Origin: Acaryochloris marina S15
GTDB taxonomy: Bacteria; Cyanobacteriota; Cyanobacteriia; Thermosynechococcales; Thermosynechococcaceae
Direction of reading: 5' to 3'
Assembly: GCF_018336915.1 (NCBI RefSeq)
Contig: NZ_CP064924.1
Location: 180,001 to 212,000 of the forward strand
DNA length: 32,000 bases
Below, one piece after another: positions 24,893-32,000 of the stretch. The position numbers and the translations under genes are program-made. Position 1 is the first letter of the stretch, and every line of letters begins with the position of its first letter. Below the pieces are notes generated by a model that worked only from the letters and a program-made list of their open reading frames with translations, made no database searches and was not told the origin of the DNA.

Positions 24893-26419
24893 CTATAGTT
24901 CCGGTTCACTGTGGGCCAAGGCAGGCTCTTTCTCTGGCTGCTTGGGGGATACGCCATTACTAACGGCCTTGGCAATTTGCTCGGCTCTCTTTAAATATTT
25001 CTCGGCACGTTCCACATTCCCCCCCTGCTGCTTTACTTTCTCTATGCGTGGATCGATGGACTTTCCTTGCTCCTGTTTAACTTGGTCTTTGGTCTTAAAT
25101 TCACCTTCAGCACGTTGCTTCTCTTGAGGAGCAAGATTATAGGTATCAACGAGCTTCTGACCTTCCTTTAGGTGTAATACTACTCTGCTTCCCACTTTAA
25201 TCTTGAATTCACCTTCAAAATCCTTAAAATTCGTTAATGCTTCTTTGATATCTTCCATTTGCTGGTCACTAATCTGGGTGACGGAGCGGTCAATATCTCC
25301 TCCACGCATCCCAAAGATTTGCTCTTTGTTATAAAAGACCGCCATCCTGGAGATATCCACACCCCGCTGGTCTAAACCAGACAACGCCTCTAATAAGCTA
25401 TCCTCAGCTTCTTTAGACGAGTTCTCGTAGTTGTACTGCTCTAAGGCTGTATTTGTCGCATCCGCTAAATACGGAGAGACATCCTGAAGATTCTTATCTG
25501 ACATATCGGTCACATTCGGACCCTGAGCAACGATGGCGGTTGCCTCATCCACATCTTTACCTTCTCTCAATGCCTGGTGAGCAACATGCTCGTCATAAAT
25601 TAAGGCTAATTCTGGTTTGCCTTGGATATTTTGCTCAATCTGCTCATAGCTACTGAGGTCTGGATCTTTGTGGTATTCAGACAGTAGTCTTGCATACTCA
25701 GCTCGTCGCTCCATATCTGGCTCAATTGCTGTGGGGGCTTGGTTGATTGTGTCTGCCATTGTCGTCTGTCTCCCTTGTAGTTTTTGAATGGTTTGCTGAA
25801 CACTTTGCTGCATCTCGGCTAGCCAAGTCTTGGTGCGGTCGATATAGTGGTTGGTCATTTTCCAGGCATGGACTATCGGACGAGCCATCACGACAGGAAC
25901 ACCTTTGGCCGCATAGCTGATCGCCAATTTCCCCGTATCAATAATCCCTTTGCCAATCACCGATGGGGCGACAATCCCGCTCAACGGTCGTGCCCACGCA
26001 TCCGTCTTCGCCAACATGTCAGCGGTTCTGACTTTCGCCCAGGCATCAAATGCACTTTGCCGACCCCAACCATGTGGAACTTGACTGGCTAGATCTGTAA
26101 AGTTTTTGGCTATCTGATCAGCACGTATCCCATGAATCCCCGAATGCATCAGATGAGTGGTTTGGGATATTGCACCCGCAACCACTGGACCCACAATCGG
26201 GGCATGGGTCGCAGCAAAGGCCGCTCCTGGAAGCGCTGCAATCTGGATTCCCTTCTTGGCGACCCACGCTAATGGGGCACCCTCAAAATAGAGTTGTTCT
26301 TTCTCCTGTAGTTCTCTGTATTTGTCGCCAATGAAGTTGTGATATTGATACTTTATCGGTGGACTAGATTTCTCAGTCTCCCCTTTTTGGTCAACGATAT
26401 TGTTATCTTCATGTTCCAT
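24893..26419 (-). CDS. Hypothetical protein, 508 aa
   Basis: A strong RBS, AAGGAGGAAATAAATA, precedes ATG 26419. The N-terminal third is glycine/alanine-rich and hydrophobic. No catalytic motif was recognised. Confidence 0.7.
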   Translation of the reverse strand: MEHEDNNIVDQKGETEKSSPPIKYQYHNFIGDKYRELQEKEQLYFEGAPLAWVAKKGIQIAALPGAAFAATHAPIVGPVVAGAISQTTHLMHSGIHGIRADQIAKNFTDLASQVPHGWGRQSAFDAWAKVRTADMLAKTDAWARPLSGIVAPSVIGKGIIDTGKLAISYAAKGVPVVMARPIVHAWKMTNHYIDRTKTWLAEMQQSVQQTIQKLQGRQTTMADTINQAPTAIEPDMERRAEYARLLSEYHKDPDLSSYEQIEQNIQGKPELALIYDEHVAHQALREGKDVDEATAIVAQGPNVTDMSDKNLQDVSPYLADATNTALEQYNYENSSKEAEDSLLEALSGLDQRGVDISRMAVFYNKEQIFGMRGGDIDRSVTQISDQQMEDIKEALTNFKDFEGEFKIKVGSRVVLHLKEGQKLVDTYNLAPQEKQRAEGEFKTKDQVKQEQGKSIDPRIEKVKQQGGNVERAEKYLKRAEQIAKAVSNGVSPKQPEKEPALAHSEPEL

Positions 26420-26455
26420 TATTTATTTCCTCCTTATGGAGCATTCTTGATGCCC

Positions 26456-26473
26456 GTAGTAATGTACCGCCAG
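26456..26473 (-). promoter_or_regulatory. Conserved motif copy (plus strand CGTAGTAATGTACCGCCA)
   Basis: This 18-mer is identical to 28592-28609. The TACATT core lies 42 nt upstream of ATG 26419. Confidence 0.5.
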
Positions 26474-26830
26474 CTATCTTTCCTGCTGTCTGTCGATACT
26501 CGGATCCCGTTGGGGTGAGCTGGGGAACTGGTCTACGGCATTGGAAATCTGGGCCTTACGCACAATCAAGGACTCCGCTTTCTTAACGTCACCCCCTTGA
26601 GCTTCAACGGCATCGAGAAACCCCGTCTGCTTGATTGCCCCTGATAGTTCTTTTGGGCTGAAACCTCGCTGTTGACCTTCCTTTGCCACTTGCACCGCTT
26701 GCTTAAAGGTTGCGGTCACATTGGGGGGTCTCAAAAAGTTGGATTGGATTGCCCTGCTGAGTATGGCTTGCGTGAGTTCTTTACTTGCCCCCAGCATTTC
26801 TCTGAAATCTTGGTCGTCTGATGATGACAT
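26474..26830 (-). CDS. Hypothetical protein, 118 aa
   Basis: The ORF lies between the coupling-protein gene and the 508-aa gene. It contains the short helical module discussed in the findings. Confidence 0.6.
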   Translation of the reverse strand: MSSSDDQDFREMLGASKELTQAILSRAIQSNFLRPPNVTATFKQAVQVAKEGQQRGFSPKELSGAIKQTGFLDAVEAQGGDVKKAESLIVRKAQISNAVDQFPSSPQRDPSIDRQQER

Positions 26831-26850
26831 GGCTATCTTCCTCGATAAAG

Positions 26851-28569
26851 TTATACAGAATCTACTGCTGCTTTCCGTTCGCTCAGAGTTTCCGATTTAT
26901 GGAGCTTCTCTAACTCAGCCCCCGTGGGTAACATCGACTCTGCAATGTCCGCACGTTCACTGACGACGTATTCTGGTGTGATGCCTAGATCTCTCGACTG
27001 GCGACAGTACAGCAGAAACGGGTGGATGTGAGAGTACCAAAGCGTTTTATTCTCTTCTCTCAAGGCTTCATCGTTTTTGTTGAGTGGAACTTTCAGGCGA
27101 TGTGCCCGTTGCTTCCAACCAGGGGATTGGATTAGACATTCTCCAGGTTCAAATGTATCAATCTCATCTGCTGTGATAAGTGGGACTTTGCGATGTTGCT
27201 CGGAGCGGTTGCGACTACTGCCTGAACGACTGTTATGCCCCGTGGAGCGGGTCTTGTAGACTTCCGTGAAAGTCCCTAGGGAGTCGCTCAAGCTCTTATC
27301 AGTGGAATGATGGCCTGTGCGAAAGTGGATTCTCGTGCCAAGAGAACTGAGAATTGACATGGCATGGTCCCTTGTATACCTCAAGTTGATCTGAGCATCA
27401 CTCTGATAGGACAGGAGACAGCACATTCCATACTCTCGGTACAAGTTAATCCACCGCTCAATATCTGGCAGACGAATTGAGGTGAATTCATCCAAGCATA
27501 GAAACAGAGGCCGATCCCGACTCACTTCTGCGTTCAGGTTGTGCCGCATCAACATATGAATGACTGCGGCACATAAGGGCGAGGTCGTACTCTCAGCGTT
27601 CTCATCAATTTGCACCCATACGATCTGTTTACCTGGGAGGTCCAGTGGAATCGTGGAGCTGGTAATAGAAGGGATAACACTGGCATCCATCAGCGCTTGG
27701 AAGTTCGTAACCGCTGTGCCCACAATCCCCCCAGCGGTTTTCTCTGCTTTGGAGACGGACCTTAAACCCAGTGCCGCTTGGTTAGCCCAAAAGTCTAAGT
27801 CACCCTCTAAGTCAAATTGACCATATTGGTGGGCCGCGAGTAGCCGTTGGGGAAGGTCTTCTAAGCTGAGGAATCCCCAGGCTGAGACGAGATCTTGATA
27901 GACATGGCTTTTGGCGAGTAGGAAGACGGTCTTGAGCAAGCTATCGCCTTGGGGACCAAAGAACCCATCTTTGCGACTTCCCGGTACTTCAAAGTTAGCG
28001 TTGATGGTCTTTGCAAGTTCCAGGGCTTCTTTTGAGCCACCCCGTTCTGGAATGAAGTCTAGGAGATTGAGGCTATCCGTGTGAGCTTTGCCAGGACAGA
28101 AAAAATACTGCTGATACCCCAATCGTTGGGCAAGGGCGGCATGTCGCTTTTGCAAGCTTCCTTTGATGTCGTAGATGATGGCTGTGAAGCCTTGGCGAAG
28201 GATATCATCAATACAATTTTCGACGACACTTTTGGTCTTGCCATAGCCACTCGCTCCAATCACGCTAATTCCAGGCTGGCAGTCCGTGAGGATGAGCTTC
28301 CGATCACTCCCCAGGCTCAAGGAGCATCCATCTACTGTGGCATCTCGGATCTGTTTGAGTCCTCGCCATCGGGCTTTGCGAATTTCTCCAGGGGTGGCAA
28401 ATCGGGCATCGCGTTTACTCCGTCCATGACCATTCTTGCTGTCAAGGATAGTCGCAAGGAGGAGGAGGAACCCGATCATGCCCAAGAGCCAGGGCAAGGG
28501 ACTGCTCAACAACGGCCCCAGATCCACGGGGGGCTGTGTGGGTTGAGGTTGATTTGTCTGGGTTTGCAT
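26851..28569 (-). CDS. Type IV secretion coupling protein (VirD4/TraG/TraD family ATPase)
   Basis: An N-terminal TM segment (LPWLLGMIGFLLLLATIL) is followed by Walker A VIGASGYGKTKS and Walker B-like PLFLCLDEFTS. The length and layout are typical of T4CPs. Confidence 0.88.
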   Translation of the reverse strand: MQTQTNQPQPTQPPVDLGPLLSSPLPWLLGMIGFLLLLATILDSKNGHGRSKRDARFATPGEIRKARWRGLKQIRDATVDGCSLSLGSDRKLILTDCQPGISVIGASGYGKTKSVVENCIDDILRQGFTAIIYDIKGSLQKRHAALAQRLGYQQYFFCPGKAHTDSLNLLDFIPERGGSKEALELAKTINANFEVPGSRKDGFFGPQGDSLLKTVFLLAKSHVYQDLVSAWGFLSLEDLPQRLLAAHQYGQFDLEGDLDFWANQAALGLRSVSKAEKTAGGIVGTAVTNFQALMDASVIPSITSSTIPLDLPGKQIVWVQIDENAESTTSPLCAAVIHMLMRHNLNAEVSRDRPLFLCLDEFTSIRLPDIERWINLYREYGMCCLLSYQSDAQINLRYTRDHAMSILSSLGTRIHFRTGHHSTDKSLSDSLGTFTEVYKTRSTGHNSRSGSSRNRSEQHRKVPLITADEIDTFEPGECLIQSPGWKQRAHRLKVPLNKNDEALREENKTLWYSHIHPFLLYCRQSRDLGITPEYVVSERADIAESMLPTGAELEKLHKSETLSERKAAVDSV

Positions 28570-28591
28570 GTTGCTTACCGCAATTTAGGTA

Positions 28592-28609
28592 CGTAGTAAT
28601 GTACCGCCA
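28592..28609 (-). promoter_or_regulatory. Conserved motif copy (plus strand CGTAGTAATGTACCGCCA)
   Basis: The TACATT core lies 28 nt upstream of the coupling-protein ATG 28569. Confidence 0.5.
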
Positions 28610-28716
28610 TGCAATTTTTGGGGTGGGTTAGGGAGAGTAGAAGTATTGAAACTGAGGCAACAAGCTAAAGTAGGATTGAATCTCAAGCTAAGTCCTTCAA
28701 AGAATGGGGAAGTGTC

Positions 28717-29295
28717 GTGACAGCCTATACTATTGACTTCAGCCCGATTACAACTCTCTCGGATGATCAGTTTGACCTCCTCTGTAAGGCAAATCCTGAA
28801 ATTAAGTTTGAGCGCACCCCAACTGGAGAACTTGTCATCATGCCACCGACTGGCGGGGAAACGGGCAGAGGAAATGCAAAACTTACCTCCCGATTCGTTG
28901 TTTGGAGTGAACGATATGGCCTTGGTGAAGTCTTTGATTCATCCACCTGTTTCAGAATTCCAGGTGGTGGAGATCGGTCTCCTGATGTAGCGTGGGTAGA
29001 AAAGTCCCGCTGGGATAGCCTCACACTAGAACAACAGCGCAAATTCCCGCCAATCTGCCCTGACTTCGTTCTAGAATTGCTTTCACCCAGCGATAACCTC
29101 ACTATGGCTCAGCGGAAGATGCAGGAGTATCTAGCCTGTGGGATACGGCTAGGATGGCTCATCAACCCGGAAGACAAGCAGGTGGAGATTTACCGGCCAG
29201 GGCAGGATGTTGAGGTGCTGCAAACTCCCAGTACGGTTTCTGGAAAAGAGGTGTTGCCAGAATTCAACCTCAATCTGGGATGGATTTGGGGTTAG
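28717..29295 (+). CDS. Uma2-family (DUF820) putative restriction-endonuclease-fold protein
   Basis: The layout ..FERTPTGELVIMPPTGGETGRGNAKL...PDVAWV...PDFVLELLSPSD...KMQEYLACGIRLGWLINPEDKQVEIYRPG.. is the classic Uma2 arrangement with a PD-(D/E)xK-like core. The start is GTG. Confidence 0.88.
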   Translation: MTAYTIDFSPITTLSDDQFDLLCKANPEIKFERTPTGELVIMPPTGGETGRGNAKLTSRFVVWSERYGLGEVFDSSTCFRIPGGGDRSPDVAWVEKSRWDSLTLEQQRKFPPICPDFVLELLSPSDNLTMAQRKMQEYLACGIRLGWLINPEDKQVEIYRPGQDVEVLQTPSTVSGKEVLPEFNLNLGWIWG

Positions 29296-29325
29296 AGTTC
29301 TGAAATAGATAAAGAGAGGATCCAA

Positions 29326-29928
29326 ATGATCGCTGAAAGCTGGGAGAAGATAATTGAGTGGGGAAATCGAAATGCCCCAGAAATGCTCACAGATCTTAAT
29401 CCCGGAGCGTCAGAGGAGCAGATTGCAGTATTGGAAGTAGAACTCGGTCAATCAATCCCAGCAGACTTTCGTGAAAGCTTGCTAATTCACAATGGTGAGA
29501 GTGACGGATGGCCTTGTAAAGTATTTGCTGATTATGGTGCTTACCTTGGAACCGAAGGCATTCTTGAAAATTGGAAGCAGAGAAAACAAATTGCTGCTGA
29601 AATCGAGAATTATATGGATGAAATGCCTGATCCAGAACAACAAATTCGGGATGGCATCATTACTGTTGAAGGACCAGTGCGACCAAAGTTATTTTTGAAG
29701 GACTGGATTCCGATCATGGACAGTAACGGTGATGTTTTTTGGGCATTGGACATGAACCCGGCAGAAGACGGAATTCCGGGTCAGGTTATTGCGGTTGATT
29801 TGGAAGGCTGTTCGTGGATGGTCGTCGCAGATTCTTTCGGATCATTTATTCGTGATTACGCCCAAGCATTGAAGGATGGAGCGTACCGAGTGGTTGATGG
29901 ACAGCCGACCAAGGAGGAAGAAGAATAA
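29326..29928 (+). CDS. SMI1/KNR4 (SUKH-1) family protein
   Basis: ..LNPGASEEQIAVLEVELGQSIPADFRESLLIHNG.. and ..WIPIMDSNGDVFWALDMNP..GQVIAVDLE.. match the SMI1/KNR4 pattern. Confidence 0.8.
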   Translation: MIAESWEKIIEWGNRNAPEMLTDLNPGASEEQIAVLEVELGQSIPADFRESLLIHNGESDGWPCKVFADYGAYLGTEGILENWKQRKQIAAEIENYMDEMPDPEQQIRDGIITVEGPVRPKLFLKDWIPIMDSNGDVFWALDMNPAEDGIPGQVIAVDLEGCSWMVVADSFGSFIRDYAQALKDGAYRVVDGQPTKEEEE

Positions 29929-29950
29929 ACACGTTGATTTGAGTGGTATT

Positions 29951-31141
29951 TCACCTCTTATTGCAAGTAGCAATCGTTGTACCGTAGTGGCGATATTGGT
30001 TGCTGGTATAAATCTGGGGATTCGTACCTTCTTGGAACAGAACAATGATGTCAGATCCTCCAAAGAGGAAGTAACCAAACTCATCACCTTTGAGCATATT
30101 GTTACCAACGGTGGCTGTCATATTTACGGATGAAACCTGACACATGCCAACGGGAATAACTGCCACAATGCCGACGTCACCGAATGCAGAACCCGTCGTG
30201 TCAATGGTCACAATTCCACGAGCTTGGGCAAACTCATACCCCCCTTTGGAACTGTCAGGAGCATCAAATTGGTTGCCAGACAGATTCACATCCAGGTAAA
30301 CAAGCCCCTTCACTGCACGACACTCGCGCAACAGACCCGCGACGGGCGTATGGAAACGGTGGTATGAGTAGGGGCCGAGAAAATAGTGGACGAATGTTCC
30401 ATTGGCAAATGCGTCTGCATAAGGACTGCCGTGGAGGAGATCCTCGATACTGGCGAATTTATGAGTCTTCTTAATTGTGATTTCCGGGATCTTGGAATCT
30501 GGCCCAATAGGAAACATATTACGGTAGGTGCAGTCTGCTGGCGATGTAATGACCGAATTGTCAGCAGGGCTAGCAATTGGGCGTAAACCAGGATTCAGTT
30601 CCCGTGCGAAGAACTGATTAAAAGTCAGCCAGCCACTCGGGGAATTAGGCCGACCATTCACCATTGAATCCCCTACCCTATACTTGGGTGAGTCTTTAAT
30701 GAATGACTCTAAAACATTCTCGTTAAAAGATTCGATTGTATCGAGGAAGCTACCCCACAAGTTGGCATAAGCAATCAGCCACTGACTAAACCACTCGTTG
30801 TTCTCGACGATCTTGCTATCAGTACCAACCTTTTGGTCAATCAGCCAATAGAAGTGGCAGAGGCGATCATAGACTTCCTGCTGCTCATCGGTACCTGGGG
30901 CTGTCCATGCTTTATCGGTGCTTTGCTGAGGAATCCACTGCGAAAACTCTTTCAGGTAAGTGAGATACTCAGGGATCTCCACTGGCCAAGAAAGCGCATC
31001 GAAAAGAACAGGGTCGAGTCCTGCTTGTGCTGACGCCTTTGCTAATTGCAATGATTCTTTAAGCAGCTTGGCTAAATCATGATCCTTTTCCAGCTTTGCA
31101 GCCAATTCTGCAATGGGATTAGTTGAAGTGGTTAATGCCAT
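29951..31141 (-). CDS. Phosphatidylserine-decarboxylase-family (pyruvoyl-dependent) decarboxylase with a long N-terminal domain
   Basis: ..GWLTFNQFFARELNPGLRPI.., ..FLGPYSYHRFHTPVAG.. and ..GDEFGYFLFGGSDIIVLF.. match PSD motifs, with G-S at the self-cleavage position. The ~150-aa N-terminal extension resembles the non-membrane PsiD/PSDC-type relatives. Confidence 0.75.
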   Translation of the reverse strand: MALTTSTNPIAELAAKLEKDHDLAKLLKESLQLAKASAQAGLDPVLFDALSWPVEIPEYLTYLKEFSQWIPQQSTDKAWTAPGTDEQQEVYDRLCHFYWLIDQKVGTDSKIVENNEWFSQWLIAYANLWGSFLDTIESFNENVLESFIKDSPKYRVGDSMVNGRPNSPSGWLTFNQFFARELNPGLRPIASPADNSVITSPADCTYRNMFPIGPDSKIPEITIKKTHKFASIEDLLHGSPYADAFANGTFVHYFLGPYSYHRFHTPVAGLLRECRAVKGLVYLDVNLSGNQFDAPDSSKGGYEFAQARGIVTIDTTGSAFGDVGIVAVIPVGMCQVSSVNMTATVGNNMLKGDEFGYFLFGGSDIIVLFQEGTNPQIYTSNQYRHYGTTIATCNKR

Positions 31142-31200
31142 AATTTACCCCCTGCTTGATGTTGCCTGTTCAGACAGCCAACTTAGCTTAGTGCATAACT

Positions 31201-31533
31201 TTAAAGCCTATAAAAGGGTAAATAATCTTCGTACTTGGACTCGTTGATTCCTACCCTGCATCCCCGACCTCGTAACGTATTCATCGTCGGCAATTTCCTC
31301 AGCAATTCCTGAGTCGGTTGGATACCCAAATCAAGTGAGCATTTCGGGCACAGCCATTTGAAATTTGTCTGAATGGAATTGCCTATGGGTAAGGCCGCGA
31401 TTGCAACCTTGACCTCACGACATTTACAGCAGTGATTCAAATGAGGTGTTTTCAGTAGATAGAATCCTGCCTTCTTCTGCACATTCCAATCTCCAAGGTT
31501 GATCCGGGTCGGCATACTAATTTTGGTTTGCAT
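31201..31533 (-). CDS. Hypothetical protein with a CxxC...CxxC zinc-ribbon-like motif, 110 aa
   Basis: GGAG lies 9 nt before ATG 31533. The cysteine pairs are HCCKC and CPKC. Confidence 0.5.
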   Translation of the reverse strand: MQTKISMPTRINLGDWNVQKKAGFYLLKTPHLNHCCKCREVKVAIAALPIGNSIQTNFKWLCPKCSLDLGIQPTQELLRKLPTMNTLRGRGCRVGINESKYEDYLPFYRL

Positions 31534-31735
31534 GGTAAATTCTCCATTGAGAAATGGAAGCAATAGCTGCTTCAACTGAGGGCAATTCCTTTAACCGAGA
31601 GCCGCCTTTTTATTGGTCTATTTGCTCAGCAGCAAAAGATTGATAAACATCGAACAGATTATTTTGCTGCCGTGGTAAATTCTGGAGCGATTGTGGACAC
31701 CAATCATCTCAGGGCGATTTGCGCATTCCATGTCG

Positions 31736-31757
31736 CCCCTTCCCCTACCCCTACCCC
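31736..31757 (-). other. Canonical G-quadruplex-forming motif on the minus strand
   Basis: The plus strand reads CCCCTTCCCCTACCCCTACCCC, which is GGGGTAGGGGTAGGGGAAGGGG on the minus strand. It lies 13 nt downstream of the stop at 31770. Confidence 0.6.
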
Positions 31758-31769
31758 TAACCAATCACC

Positions 31770-32000
31770 TCAAATCCCAAATTTCTTCTGAGTGGCGATG
31801 AACAAAGTGCTGGCCGCACACTTTATGGTCTCCTCACTTGCCCTATGCTTCTCTAGTTCCCTGGAGGCTTCCTGATAACAGAAGGAATACAGGGCTGCTC
31901 GGTGGGTGATGTAGCTGGCAATCGCATTCTTGGCCTCTCCATCCAGCTCTCCATCATCTAGAGGCACATCCTCAACCACTGGGACCTGACCTGGAACTAG
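31770..32000 (-). CDS. Hypothetical protein, 3' part; the ORF stays open to the window edge
   Basis: The frame has no stop between 31979 and 32000, so the track's GTG start may not be the real start. Confidence 0.4.
   Translation of the reverse strand, partial: LVPGQVPVVEDVPLDDGELDGEAKNAIASYITHRAALYSFCYQEASRELEKHRASEETIKCAASTLFIATQKKFGI

Noticed and set aside
28081-28596. 171-aa plus ORF; likewise the ORFs at 14625..14984, 14641..14901, 15119..15481 and 25847..26092
   Set aside because: All lie antisense within longer ORFs that have recognisable or better-supported products. None has an RBS or a protein-like composition.
31736-31762. Telomere-like (CCCCTA)n tandem repeat
   Set aside because: There are only about three or four units, in an internal intergenic position between ordinary genes. 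It is described instead as a G-quadruplex-capable motif.

Overview
The window looks like part of a cyanobacterial-type conjugative or mobilisable plasmid, or an integrated element. The Uma2/DUF820 gene, pentapeptide-repeat protein, YlqD-like protein and DUF3854/CyRepA-like Toprim domain all point that way.

- **1-4.6 kb:** an IS cluster. It holds a partial IS66-family transposase and an IS4/IS50-like element that is itself split by an IS256-family element. The composite sits inside codon ~20 of a sigma-70 family gene. Both insertions have intact inverted repeats and target-site duplications.
- **4.8-16.7 kb:** an unbroken run of minus-strand genes, mostly orphans. It includes an HTH-pentapeptide protein, acidic 891-aa and 396-aa proteins, small membrane proteins and a YlqD-like protein. 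It ends in a type II partition locus: seven 11-bp iterons, a ParM-like actin ATPase and a candidate ParR.
- **16.8-23.0 kb:** a probable oriT region, then an 1865-aa ORF. This ORF joins a MOBF (TrwC/TraI-like) relaxase, a RecD-like helicase, a disordered linker, an acidic helical repeat array and a DUF3854/Toprim domain. The linker is fully overlapped by a 156-aa coiled-coil ORF in the +1 frame. That ORF has its own RBS and the better codon usage.
- **23.0-24.5 kb:** an AbiEii-type nucleotidyltransferase toxin with a non-canonical upstream partner.
- **24.6-28.6 kb:** an operon headed by a VirD4/TraG-type coupling protein.
- **28.7-31.2 kb:** cargo genes (Uma2 nuclease, SMI1/KNR4, PSD-family decarboxylase).

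A conserved motif, TGGCGGTAYATT on the minus strand and up to 18 nt long, lies 28-42 nt upstream of the first gene of at least five minus-strand units. I saw no rRNA, tRNA or CRISPR. All calls rest on reading the sequence and translations by eye; no database search was run.
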